A stretch of DNA of 64,000 nucleotides from a virus: IMG/VR virus record IMGVR_UViG_3300037095_000059. One strand, written 5' to 3'. The notes below the pieces were generated by a model. That model made no database searches, was not told where the DNA came from, and was given only the letters and a program-made list of their open reading frames with translations. Position numbers and translations under genes: made by a program. This document shows, piece by piece, positions 18,801 through 26,645 of the stretch; within the stretch, counting starts at the first letter, position 1; the number at the start of each line of letters is the position of its first letter.

Positions 18801-21800
18801 GGCATTAGCTCTTGGGGTATCAGTAGGATGAGAGAACTTCGACACAATAAGGTCTCCATCCAGAGCGATTCCGGTCTTTCCGTCCGGGCTCATAAAGGTT
18901 TTCATTCCTTTATACTCTTCTGGAGAGTAGACAGAAAGCTGCTGATCCGCTCCGGAGGACTCGTGCGCTTTCTTGACTTGGGAAATAGCAGAGTGGAACT
19001 TCTCCGCCGACGTTGGCACTATGCCATAGTCACGGAAAACTTTGACAGGTTCGAAGGATTTGACTACGTTTTGGGCTCTGTACCCGGAGAAGCCTTTTTG
19101 CTGAAGCAGCTTTTCGAGGTTATATTCAATCGGATCGCCATTTTTGCGAGTTAATTTGCGGGCCTGGTCTACAAGACTGAGCGGGTCTTTCGCCCTGTCG
19201 TAGATTTTGTTGTAGTCAAGGTTCGCAAAATACTTCTTGGAGTTTCCCTGGACAGCGGGTTCTCTGTAGGATTCTTCTCCGAAGTACGTTCCTGGAACCT
19301 GTAAACGATCCCGTTCGGCCCCGCGCACACCTGTTCCTGCCAACTCCGGGTTGGTTTCCGTGAAGTCTGGTTTTCTGCTCCAATGGTAGACGCGGCGAAG
19401 GTCCTTGTTTTCGTCCAGTTCCCGGACGCGGGAAGCTAGACCTTGCTGTTTTCCTTTAGTAGGCTCAAATCGAACTTCAGCCTGAGTGCCCTCAGATTCT
19501 GCTGCTTTGGTAGCTTCTTCGTGGGTTGGGAAAGAATCTAGGAGATGGCCTTCCCCGTCGTAGACGTACCATTCTCCTTCAGCACCTTGGCCAGCCCCGC
19601 CTTCCCCTCCTTCTTCCAGGCGTCGTACACTTCCAGCGCCCGTTCCTTGCTCGGCCAACCCACTTGCTCTTGCTTCTGCTGCTTGTCTTTCGGCATAAAT
19701 GTCCTCCACGTGTTGTCTTGCAATTTCGTTGATGCGGGCAAATTTCTCCCGCGCTTGGGGTCCGTGCTTGGCTTCAAGTTCCTTGAAATACTCATCTAGG
19801 AAATTGATTCTCTCTGTTTTTGATGCGCCCGTGTCCACGCCCGCCTGATATTTAGCAGCGGTCTCGGCCACACGAACAACCGGGTTTTGGTCATAATCCA
19901 GCGAATCAAAATATGAATGAGTCACTGTTGGTATTATACCATGTAAACGGTCCCAGGGGGAACCCGGTTCCACTTTAATTTCTCCGCTTGGAAGCCTTGT
20001 GGCCCCGTCTAGGAGGTTGTATACCTCCCCGTTTTGGGAGAGCCATCTTTGCTCGGCGTGTTGAGCTTCTTCTTGTGCAACTAGAATTGAAAACTCAGGA
20101 TTCTCCCCCGGGGTTTTGAGGACAGATGTAGGTCCGGCGAGTTGACGGGCCTTGGAAATCAACTGTCCGATTGAACTCTCTGGATTGAAACGACTTAGGA
20201 GGATGTCCGCTTCCCTCGGAGAGTAGTTTACGCCCGTGCCCGGAGCTTGAGCAATCGTTTGAAAGTCGCCGTAATCTTCTGGACTGAGCCAAACAACAGG
20301 CCGACCATCTGAGCCTACACGCACTTCTCCCGAAGAGGTAGTAGCAACGGACTTGGTTCCTGCTCTCGGCGGGGCTTCGTTGTCGGCTAGAGGGGTTCCC
20401 AGCGGGGCCGGTATGGGCTGGTACTCTCCACCACCTTGGGCTTCAACCAAAACGTTATGTAGTACCCGCGCCTTTTCCGGGTCGGTTTCTGTCGCTATAC
20501 GGGTTTGGCATTCGGCGAGGCGCTCGGTATTGAAGGCTTTATCCTCTTTGGACAAACCGAGAACTGGGTGTGCTTTTCGGAGACCTAGCAGGTCGAAGGC
20601 TGTGTTGTACTTGTTGACAGCGTCCTGCTCAGCGACCGCGTGGGCGGCCTCCCTGTCCTTGTTGACTCTCTCTATTGCCAACCAGCGGTCGGACAGCCTG
20701 GGAACGTCTGTGGAGCCTAGCAGGGGGTTAAACAACTCGCCCGCCGAGCGCAAAGCGTGCGGGGCCCCCAAAGCTCCCATAGCCCCGGAGGCGAACATTT
20801 CTGTTCCATATTCCCAAGCGTGATCGGCGTCCCCTTCTTTCAGGGCGTCGAAGAACCGGGGCGACATCTGAGCCGCTGTTTCCAACTGTTGGTAGGTGAA
20901 TCCCCAGTTCATCACAGTGTTCGCCGTGTCGGCGGCCTTGGTCAGGGCCCCAAAAGACACATCGGGCGCTGCTTTGTGCAGAATCTGGAAGGCTCCTCTT
21001 TGGAGAAGGTTTCCTCCCAGAAGGTCCTTGGTCACGTCCAGTTTTTTATCGGACAGTATGGCAGTTGCTTTTTTCCAATTGTCTACGTTGTACCCGGCGT
21101 CACGAACCGCGTCAGCCAGGGGGAGGAAACCGGACTTGGCTTTGGCTACCGTATCGCCCGTATCCGACAGAGCCTTCAGTTCGTCGGTGGAAAACCCGGG
21201 CATCTTTGTGTTCGCCGTGGCGATAGCAGACCTTTCCGCTTCGGAAAGTGTTCCTTCCTTTAGGGCAGTCCTCTGTGCTTCGCTCAAGCCTACTTCAGAC
21301 AGGTTCTTCTGAAGTTCTTCCGAGGCTAGTTCTGCGTCCCTGTTGATGGGGAAGGTTAGAGCCCGGGCTCGTTCCAACAAACCCAGGTCGTGTCCGCCCG
21401 CTTTCAGGGCACCAGAGATGACCGGCTCAATATCGGGCATACTCTTGGCGGTCTTCAGCGCGATTTTTGACGCACTTATGGCGTCGGCGATCTGAGCGGC
21501 GGTAAATTCCCCAGACTCTTTGAGCGCAGTTTCGCCCGCTCCGGCGATAAATCCTCCGGAGCCGAAAGTTGCGGCAGCTAGAGCCAGCGAAAGTGGACTC
21601 GTGAGACCCGCCGCGATGTGCTCCACACCGCGCCCAAACCCGCCCATTCCCAAATCTTCGGGAAGACCAAAGACAGAGGAGTCGAGCAGGGGGGTGTTCG
21701 CCCAATCCCAAGCGCGAGAGTACCAGCTTTGACTTGGGTCTTGGTACAAGTGCTGAGGAGGAGTGGCGGGGCCAACAGATTGTTGTCCATTACCCGGACT

Positions 21801-21956
21801 AGAAGCGGAAGAACCCCCAAATAATAGGCCAAACGCAGAAGACCCAGAACCCCCAACAGCCGGGGCCGCTGCGCCAACGGCGGCCTCTCCTGTCGAAGGA
21901 GTCTGGGTTTCTTTGTTTTCCGAAGAGAAAAGCAGGGAGTAAGCTGAATCGGGCAT
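12825..21956 (-). CDS. giant 3043-aa multidomain virion or ejection ('polyvalent'-type) protein candidate
   Basis: One uninterrupted 9132-nt ORF at the distal end of the structural block. Strings LLHLEELQSDWHQKGR and RMIRYAAENGYDGISWTPG. Hydrophobic segments near the C-terminus. Four motif copies in frame, plus copy 12802 in the 8-nt overlap with the next ORF. Confidence 0.6.
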   Translation of the reverse strand: MPDSAYSLLFSSENKETQTPSTGEAAVGAAAPAVGGSGSSAFGLLFGGSSASSPGNGQQSVGPATPPQHLYQDPSQSWYSRAWDWANTPLLDSSVFGLPEDLGMGGFGRGVEHIAAGLTSPLSLALAAATFGSGGFIAGAGETALKESGEFTAAQIADAISASKIALKTAKSMPDIEPVISGALKAGGHDLGLLERARALTFPINRDAELASEELQKNLSEVGLSEAQRTALKEGTLSEAERSAIATANTKMPGFSTDELKALSDTGDTVAKAKSGFLPLADAVRDAGYNVDNWKKATAILSDKKLDVTKDLLGGNLLQRGAFQILHKAAPDVSFGALTKAADTANTVMNWGFTYQQLETAAQMSPRFFDALKEGDADHAWEYGTEMFASGAMGALGAPHALRSAGELFNPLLGSTDVPRLSDRWLAIERVNKDREAAHAVAEQDAVNKYNTAFDLLGLRKAHPVLGLSKEDKAFNTERLAECQTRIATETDPEKARVLHNVLVEAQGGGEYQPIPAPLGTPLADNEAPPRAGTKSVATTSSGEVRVGSDGRPVVWLSPEDYGDFQTIAQAPGTGVNYSPREADILLSRFNPESSIGQLISKARQLAGPTSVLKTPGENPEFSILVAQEEAQHAEQRWLSQNGEVYNLLDGATRLPSGEIKVEPGSPWDRLHGIIPTVTHSYFDSLDYDQNPVVRVAETAAKYQAGVDTGASKTERINFLDEYFKELEAKHGPQAREKFARINEIARQHVEDIYAERQAAEARASGLAEQGTGAGSVRRLEEGGEGGAGQGAEGEWYVYDGEGHLLDSFPTHEEATKAAESEGTQAEVRFEPTKGKQQGLASRVRELDENKDLRRVYHWSRKPDFTETNPELAGTGVRGAERDRLQVPGTYFGEESYREPAVQGNSKKYFANLDYNKIYDRAKDPLSLVDQARKLTRKNGDPIEYNLEKLLQQKGFSGYRAQNVVKSFEPVKVFRDYGIVPTSAEKFHSAISQVKKAHESSGADQQLSVYSPEEYKGMKTFMSPDGKTGIALDGDLIVSKFSHPTDTPRANANLMRVAIENGGRRSDGFDTYLPAINAREGMKVVARLPWNDAYAPEGWNYDKMKQYNGGHPDVVFMAYDPTYKGPYEPGQGVRVDSYQGGEAVQKAALRGEPISPLSGLASREKPAEWEDIKSHLTPEEVQKHDTPEKQNLLTAAFNSMPDHEEWTAAIRAGKAGQLWYERSTRAFDALIDSGIPWLGKADKDKFLNFTAALSPVQPVQANLRMALNLWAKWDKAGRPQDVTWKDGKVASKNASLYRVLAGRGETQGVDLPARMGNAIHALQGEPLSGPKVSSFTKNLGKDSSRVTNDTWMAVFGDHDPNRINKPAVYDAMSAKVREAAKAEGVEPRQAQAAIWCFIKSLAELSGWGNDRWIPPQEIIKQGLLTPELVAQHSADFADMLKTNPEIRGVIKKLGGDLNALDTKLETYVPRKPSTGEAAGSSPELLNAAGRLEAARRDSRIASHLARKSGASLFDTEFGPDNGLFSKEKDNRAPVWYLKSNQLVDSRMQGPMPADTVLKMLENNGVKPDELKYTGLSDFLREKGSAPVRPEEVKDYLAANNLQVQEVTKQENTPPPDRISRQLYGRDYGGLSEDQREVVDSAVNRWDAGEKFDPAKFGTYTLPGAEPGSYRELLMTLPNYGQSKNVFDYNEDFRSAHWDEPNVVGHVRFNDRTGPNGEKLLHLEELQSDWHQKGRTQGYNLDPARIESLRKEASDLRERLKDPVTDEELANYFKPGNIVNSYGGKDKVISFHPADPNGKGWDRVWSVKVHAIDPETGELDPREYDRTHSTRPDAGDVHPELQARLNEISKETVHSGVPDAPFKKTDEWTGLFFKRMIRYAAENGYDGISWTPGVEHFNRWGSERFDWEKTEDGKWTVAGTYQHGGNAGGVDLEGEATRRGLLNKSGGQVKSQADLRAIVHRVLHIAGREKVDAVTKKLWDRMQTEPTGASMPRKEGFESYYDQITPQVANKLGKQFGAKVGETKIKVSDGSKTRIYEGPTLSTADLDKIASEAEGTQLEGQARAVAYEVRYSRIPFAEAVRDFGSEAYAEKIGGKLNIQKEVKTSAVPYFPITDSMRESVLHQGQPLFSRESPDNGHLPPNIDDMIQNNVFKDKPKEYRDLVMSVHRKAATTAPDPQMKSAMDFIRNEHDRSFEIGSTNDILQHYIDDYFQRTWDNSNPEGRVISSDAKNGKFATNVTMARRRVYDSTLTGLLKSPKQLKFDIVNNMARGRAEIIKAAANRQFIRSLRDDFSRGSDGRPAVVLAGSGRVVTGQDGEDPKTFISPDRVQKINIAQSNIDEMKKTGYFDRFLADGTIKDITPHVHPDNIGMAIDRLEKQALSKNAQYDEMGNNKLRTDLMYLKSMLANKDYSGLREFNGAQKPVYAWDPQDYVTLDHNAMRGWNFVTNDSAGHGILVDADIKAHPEFAQYLKNRLGLEESGIAKNPIGKALLGAGSAAKHVLLSLSPFHMVQIGLRGVMTGINPFTLHGPDLLDGAKIDPSNPHSETKLLAMVRQGYTTGTDFRGQQQMSEGLSTGGDALRRIPGIGNTIANSMNWYQDFLFKRYIPAMKATAGEHLFDQYRASHPEWSNDRVAKAAALHANESFGGINWRAMGRSTTTQDWGRLMLLAPDWLESEMRSGARLFNREEGNIGRKQVVMMTLGMWGIARVLNTLSTGSPHLEAPFGLAVKNKEGKEIIFGMRTLPTDLLHAATDPVGFIKGRLSPTIHAGQELLTQRDSFGRKLGPEDLWADVFHNMMPIPGQAIGQAVTGTGPQVGTVGQVWKAGGGTAQVYATPAQKMAAELAANHNEDGPIDKAQMDRHRRIMDLEDQVRSGETSWPELVKLAYNTDQLKESELKKIQLNLTKTKGMDSTMASLYTRASRLPAAEFFKLFDTMNNSEKTALIPLTQSVMKRYTAKAMKDMTPSERAKDPVLQRILNMMHPGGIPQASAAPAPVIPPAVQQEAAHLNAGVQQYLHTATHPITGHQVASNDGHNWVDRQTGEPING
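15551..15565. repeat. 15-bp motif copy, R: gtccattatccggac
   Basis: Inside the giant ORF. Read as SPDNGH. Confidence 0.9.
17390..17404. repeat. 15-bp motif copy, R: gtccattatccggac
   Basis: Inside the giant ORF. Read as GPDNGL. Confidence 0.9.
18479..18493. repeat. 15-bp motif copy, F: gtccggataatggac
   Basis: Inside the giant ORF. Read as SPLSGL. Confidence 0.9.
21783..21797. repeat. 15-bp motif copy, R: gtccattacccggac
   Basis: Inside the giant ORF. Read as SPGNGQ. Confidence 0.9.
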
Positions 21957-21968
21957 GTTGTCCTATAT

Positions 21969-23789
21969 TTACCGAGAGGCGCTGGTTGTTACGTTCGAAG
22001 AATTCAAATTGGGATAGGGAGACATTACGCGGCCATCGGTTGGGCGGGGGGCAACAGTGATCCCCTTCTCCTGCGCCTGTTGAATTACTTTCCGAAGAGC
22101 AGCTTCTCGGGACATGGGGGTCTTAGCTATCAATTGATCGGCGGCTTCCGTGGCTCTTATCCAAGGCATCGGAGTTTTGGAATCCCGCAGCGCGGCTTGT
22201 TGGTCCTCTGGTTTGAGATTAGAAGACGTGATATACCTGTAAGCGTCCGGGGTTCCTGGCTGAATTTTATCATCCTGTTGCATCTTACCCAAGAGCAGGG
22301 ATGAAGGCGCATCGGGCGGAGGTGGCGGGTTAACTATGTCTTCTTTCTTCTTCTTGGTTCCGGGATGTAGCTCGTGGTACTTGTCCACGACAGCTTTCCA
22401 ACCGTCGTCCATTTGCGTCTGAAGAGCTTTGTAATTTGGGTCTGTTGGTTGCAATTCTTTCTGTTGCTTCAAAAGCTCGTCGTTCTGTGCCTTAGTTAGG
22501 TCGAACAAGTCCTTGTATTCCCTCTCCCCCTGCTCTCTGCTTGCGTTAGTATTCGCACGGTTCATATTTTGTTGCGCTCTAAATTGATTTCCCAACCCAA
22601 TAACTCGGTCAAGAGACATGTTGACAGTGCCTTCGGGATTCGGGAACACCGTTTCTCCCGCGAGTTTGTTTACCTGCGCCTTGTCCATAGGGAACAACTT
22701 AGTCATAGAATCTACCGGAACGTCGTAAATTCGAACGTTGGTATTCGCGGTCTTGTCCATTGGCTTGCCCGTGGTTTGATCCGTCCAAGCGTTTTGGTCT
22801 GGGTCCCATTTCTCTTGGTCCCCAGTAATCGTGTCCACGAAAATGCGATGTGAGTTTTGTTCTGTCGGATCATTATCCGGGTGTAGCGCAGCCCCTTTAG
22901 TCTCCACGACTTTGTCTCGAAGAGCATAGAAATTCATAATCGGGGGCAAGTCTTTAGGGTCTTGGGCCCCCCGCGCCTCTAGCGTGTCCATTATGACTCT
23001 TGTCGAATCATTGATCTTGTCAATACGACCCTGATCCTCAAAGTCCATTGTGTGCTGGGACTCTATGATGTTGTGCTGATACATTTTTATTTGGGCTTGT
23101 GACACCAGCTTTTGTTGGTAAGCAGTATCAGCCTTCTGTGCATCTTCAGTCGCCTGCCGCTGGTTCTGCCATTGTTCTTGTGCTTGGTCGTGGGCCCGCG
23201 CTCTTGCTTTGTCTTGCATTTCGGTTGCGGCGTTCCAGCCCATACCAGCACCAGCAACACCGTGCCCCGCTCCGGAGGCGGCCCCGGCCAAAACCCCGGC
23301 CAGGAGATTGCGGAAGAAGAAGCCAGGAGAGTTTTGTTTTGGCTGATTGACCGGAGCCCCTGTAGGATTTCCATCCGCGTCTACCGGCTGAACATATTGG
23401 TCGCTCTTGCCTTCGATGGCTTGCATGATCTTTGAATGAAGAAAACCGTGCTGCACGACGGGGTCCGATAGAGTGGTATGAAACGGCTTTCCAACATCGG
23501 ACATCGGCACAAACCCGACGGTCTTCCGAACAGCAGGAGCCGCCCCCTCAGCAGGGGTTCCGCCTGCCCTCGAAGCGGGGGCCGTCGTGGTTTGAGCCGG
23601 AGCTTGAGTAGGCGCAGGAGTTCCCGGGGTCGTGTTCGCCGCCGCAGCGGGGGGAACAGAAGACACGGTAGGCGGCACCTGGGCTGCTGCGGCGTCCCCG
23701 TTAGGCGACGGGGAAAAGCCCGACATATTGGAAGTTGCTGCGGGGGAGGGGGTTGCCATTGCGTTTGGGGAGTCGGTTGGTCCTGGCAT
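21969..23789 (-). CDS. internal or virion protein candidate (606 aa, low-complexity P/A/T-rich N-terminus)
   Basis: Long ORF immediately upstream of the giant ORF. No catalytic motif recognised. Confidence 0.5.
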   Translation of the reverse strand: MPGPTDSPNAMATPSPAATSNMSGFSPSPNGDAAAAQVPPTVSSVPPAAAANTTPGTPAPTQAPAQTTTAPASRAGGTPAEGAAPAVRKTVGFVPMSDVGKPFHTTLSDPVVQHGFLHSKIMQAIEGKSDQYVQPVDADGNPTGAPVNQPKQNSPGFFFRNLLAGVLAGAASGAGHGVAGAGMGWNAATEMQDKARARAHDQAQEQWQNQRQATEDAQKADTAYQQKLVSQAQIKMYQHNIIESQHTMDFEDQGRIDKINDSTRVIMDTLEARGAQDPKDLPPIMNFYALRDKVVETKGAALHPDNDPTEQNSHRIFVDTITGDQEKWDPDQNAWTDQTTGKPMDKTANTNVRIYDVPVDSMTKLFPMDKAQVNKLAGETVFPNPEGTVNMSLDRVIGLGNQFRAQQNMNRANTNASREQGEREYKDLFDLTKAQNDELLKQQKELQPTDPNYKALQTQMDDGWKAVVDKYHELHPGTKKKKEDIVNPPPPPDAPSSLLLGKMQQDDKIQPGTPDAYRYITSSNLKPEDQQAALRDSKTPMPWIRATEAADQLIAKTPMSREAALRKVIQQAQEKGITVAPRPTDGRVMSPYPNLNSSNVTTSASR

Positions 23790-24184
23790 TATTTGTTCTC
23801 CAAGAAGTAGCTAAGTGGTGTGGTCCGGGAAATGGACGTGTCTTTCAGGGCCCTCTTCAGGAACTTCAAAATCTGATCTTGTCCAAGTTTTTCATTGAAT
23901 CCCAAGACCCTCATAAGGTTTTCGAGTTTGTCGTCCTTTTTAATACCGGCGCGAGACTCCCCTTTGATCTTGATCTCCAGGTCAAAGCAAGAAGCACGAT
24001 ACCCGGCGAGCCACGACGTAAACAACCTCATGCCTTTTTCATCTATCGAGTTTTTGCCCGGGCGACTGAAGTTCAAGACTCCAATTGGATTACGAGCCTG
24101 GTAGAGGTCTCCATCGGGGTTTGTGGTTGCCCCTTTGAGGTGCGCCAAAGCATCAACTAGGGCTTCTACGCGATTAACGGACAT
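23789..24184 (-). CDS. hypothetical protein
   Basis: 131-aa ORF. Motif copy 23823 is read as TSISRT. Confidence 0.45.
   Translation of the reverse strand: MSVNRVEALVDALAHLKGATTNPDGDLYQARNPIGVLNFSRPGKNSIDEKGMRLFTSWLAGYRASCFDLEIKIKGESRAGIKKDDKLENLMRVLGFNEKLGQDQILKFLKRALKDTSISRTTPLSYFLENK
23823..23837. repeat. 15-bp motif copy, F: gtccgggaaatggac
   Basis: Inside ORF 23789..24184. Read as TSISRT. Confidence 0.85.
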
Positions 24185-24238
24185 GGCGTACCTTCTCTCT
24201 GTGCTTTTGCTTTTGCGAGTAAGTATTCAAACATCAGG

Positions 24239-24952
24239 CTATCCTCCCGACATCACTTTAGCGGCCCCGCCCATAGCTCCGGTAGCCAGACCCATGATGT
24301 TGTTCATCTCTTCTTGGTTGGCAGCCTGAACGGCGTTGGCCTCGGAGTTGGCGGAGTTGCTCATGCCCGTGGCGGCGTTGGCCATACCCGTAGCGTTTTG
24401 CTGACCGGCCACACTTAGTTCTCCGGATAAGGCGTTGTTGTAGTTCTGATAGCCTTGGTTGTAGCTGGCTTGCAGGTTTTGGGTCAGGCCGGATTGGGTT
24501 TCGTTTGCGGCGGCGGTTGCGAGGGTGGCCGCTTGCTGCGAAGCTACGCCGGAGGGCAGCATGGAGTTTCCTCCACCTTGGGCGGCTTGGTTTTCTTGCA
24601 GAGTCTTTTTCGCCGAGGCGTACTGCTGTCCAGTATTCTGAATCACCGAGGAGTTCAGGGTGTTCATTTCCTGCGTGTTGTAGCCCTGCTGGTTCGAACC
24701 CGCAGCGATTACAGAAGCGAACGTCGTGTTCAAAGACCCCAGGATGCTTTGGTTCGCCGCAAACTGTGTGTTTACGTCGTCAAGATAAGTCTTTTGCGCG
24801 GCAAGCTCGGCGTCCTGAGCTTGTGTTTGGGCTGCCGAAGCACCTTTCAGGAGAGCAAAGGGGCCCGTCCGGGTAATGGACTTTTCATAGAGCAGGATAT
24901 AGCGGGATTGGCGCTCGCTCCAAACATAGACTGCTTTTGTAGTGACCTTCAT
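24239..24952 (-). CDS. Q/N/A-rich structural or internal protein candidate
   Basis: 237-aa ORF with low-complexity Q/N/A/G composition. Motif copy 24867 is read as KSITRT. Confidence 0.5.
   Translation of the reverse strand: MKVTTKAVYVWSERQSRYILLYEKSITRTGPFALLKGASAAQTQAQDAELAAQKTYLDDVNTQFAANQSILGSLNTTFASVIAAGSNQQGYNTQEMNTLNSSVIQNTGQQYASAKKTLQENQAAQGGGNSMLPSGVASQQAATLATAAANETQSGLTQNLQASYNQGYQNYNNALSGELSVAGQQNATGMANAATGMSNSANSEANAVQAANQEEMNNIMGLATGAMGGAAKVMSGG
24867..24881. repeat. 15-bp motif copy, F: gtccgggtaatggac
   Basis: Inside ORF 24239..24952. Read as KSITRT. Confidence 0.9.
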
Positions 24953-25363
24953 TTAGCCCTCTAATTCTCTGATCTTAACGCGGTAAACGGACCAAGGCAG
25001 CTTCTCAAAGACTTCCTGGTTCGTTGTCATGTGGTTCGTTCCGTCCTGTGTCCCCAGGAAATAAATCTCACCCACGCCCTTGAGGTGGGCTTGCGTAACC
25101 GTCTCCTGAAATAATTCTTTCATCGCGGTTGCAATTTGAAGCTTGGTGGCTCCCGGGCGGGCGGCGAAGCTGTCCATTATGAACGCTTGCTGAATCGGTT
25201 GGTAGGCCAAGGCCCCGTCTTTGTCGTAGGCGCAGAGCACGAACGTAGACGGGTATTTGACAACCTCCGGGTCGAACTCGTTGTCCGGGGTCTCCAGGGA
25301 CCAGTCTACAAATTTCTTCGTATCGTCAGGTTTTGCAGGCCGCACGAAAACAAGATTGTGCAT
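24953..25363 (-). CDS. hypothetical protein (136 aa)
   Basis: ATG 25363 chosen. The ORF-track N-terminal extension overlaps the upstream gene. Confidence 0.4.
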   Translation of the reverse strand: MHNLVFVRPAKPDDTKKFVDWSLETPDNEFDPEVVKYPSTFVLCAYDKDGALAYQPIQQAFIMDSFAARPGATKLQIATAMKELFQETVTQAHLKGVGEIYFLGTQDGTNHMTTNQEVFEKLPWSVYRVKIRELEG

Positions 25364-25377
25364 TGTTTCTCCTTTAA

Positions 25378-25764
25378 CTATTTCCAAAAATGCCCTACGG
25401 CGTACATTATGGCGGCTAAGAACAAGGGCCAAAACTTTTCCAGCAAGCTCTTCTCACCGGACGAAGAGTCACGACTTGCCCGCAGGTCGTCTATCTCCTC
25501 GCAAAGCCGCTGATGCTCCCGGTCGTACACCTCTCGCTTGACAAAGTCCGCCCGGTCTTCGGCGAGTTGTTCCTTTGTCCTGTTTAGGTGTACCAAGTGA
25601 ATATCAGTTGCTGCCTTCGCCAAATCAAGAGCTTTGGCTTCCAGCCGATGGGTCTCCGGGTGCTGATCCTGCCACTTCTCAACCACCGCCAGGCGAACAA
25701 AGATCGACGGAAGAGCGGCGTGAACCTTCTCGAATTCTTTTGAAAGGTGATCTATGTCGGTCAT
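25378..25764 (-). CDS. coiled-coil protein with a C-terminal TM segment
   Basis: Heptad-like charged region, then FWPLFLAAIMYAVGHFW. Confidence 0.45.
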   Translation of the reverse strand: MTDIDHLSKEFEKVHAALPSIFVRLAVVEKWQDQHPETHRLEAKALDLAKAATDIHLVHLNRTKEQLAEDRADFVKREVYDREHQRLCEEIDDLRASRDSSSGEKSLLEKFWPLFLAAIMYAVGHFWK

Positions 25765-26133
25765 CTACGGCATCCTTGAGAGTAAGATGTTGATGCTGTC
25801 GCTTAAACGAGAAAACCCGTCTCGTAGGTCTTCTCGCAAGCCGTATAAAGCGTCGTTGGTCTTGTCCAGCTTATCGTTGGTCTTTTCCTGCTCGGCTTGA
25901 ATGTGCGCTAAATGGTTGTCTTTGATTTGGACAAGGTCGCCGCTGGCGGTATCAAGCTTATCCCCGTATTTTTCAAACTTACGGGCGACAGAATACAGCC
26001 GCTGAAGAAATAGCAGGAGCGCAGCCCAGCCCGCAACATACTGCCAGTTTTGAGAGAGCCACACACCGGGGTTCCAAGGAGAATTAAACATTTGTCGGCC
26101 TAAAGCAAGGGATGAGTCTCTAACGTAGTCCAT
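25765..26133 (-). CDS. membrane-anchored coiled-coil protein
   Basis: TM segment YVAGWAALLLFL followed by a coiled coil. The start ATG is the ATG of motif copy 26128. Confidence 0.45.
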   Translation of the reverse strand: MDYVRDSSLALGRQMFNSPWNPGVWLSQNWQYVAGWAALLLFLQRLYSVARKFEKYGDKLDTASGDLVQIKDNHLAHIQAEQEKTNDKLDKTNDALYGLREDLRDGFSRLSDSINILLSRMP

Positions 26134-26142
26134 TATCCGGAC
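26128..26142. repeat. 15-bp motif copy, R: gtccattatccggac
   Basis: Gene junction. Supplies the ATG of 25765..26133 and touches the stop of 26142..26645. Confidence 0.9.
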
Positions 26143-26645
26143 TAATTTACTGCAATAATGCTGAAAGTCCCCCCGGCGGTTGCGGGGTGTGTCACGGTAA
26201 TCTGCCCGTTGTTGGACTTCCCCGAAATATATACACCCGTCATGGCAGCGGCTGTCGCGTTGGTCGGGGTGAGCGTTACCGAACTGTTGGAAGTCACCCC
26301 CACGATTGTGACTATGTCCGAAGTTGAAGCTGTAGTAGTTAGCGTGCCAGTTAAAGACTTAGCCGGAGCGAGTGCCGGGGCTAACGTCGGAACAACAGCA
26401 GCGGGACTAGCAGTTAAAGCAGCGGCGGGGGTAAGCCTGTACTGCGGAATTTGCCCTCCGGTCTGATATTGACGAAGGCCATCAGGCGTTGAAGCCGTGG
26501 GCATGATCGGCAAGGGGCAGCGCAGAATCGGGCTCACTCCCGAGGTGGGCAAAGGAGGATGTGGTAGACTCCGGGGGGGAATTGGTCCTGCCCCCACAGC
26601 ACCGGAGCGTGGTTCGGAATCGAGTCTGGAGGCTATGCTTGGCAT
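26142..26645 (-). CDS. fibre-associated protein with the shared C-terminal module
   Basis: C-terminal TLTPTNATAAAMTGVYISGKS..VTHPATAGGTFSIIAV is shared with 33986..34501. Confidence 0.5.
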   Translation of the reverse strand: MPSIASRLDSEPRSGAVGAGPIPPRSLPHPPLPTSGVSPILRCPLPIMPTASTPDGLRQYQTGGQIPQYRLTPAAALTASPAAVVPTLAPALAPAKSLTGTLTTTASTSDIVTIVGVTSNSSVTLTPTNATAAAMTGVYISGKSNNGQITVTHPATAGGTFSIIAVN

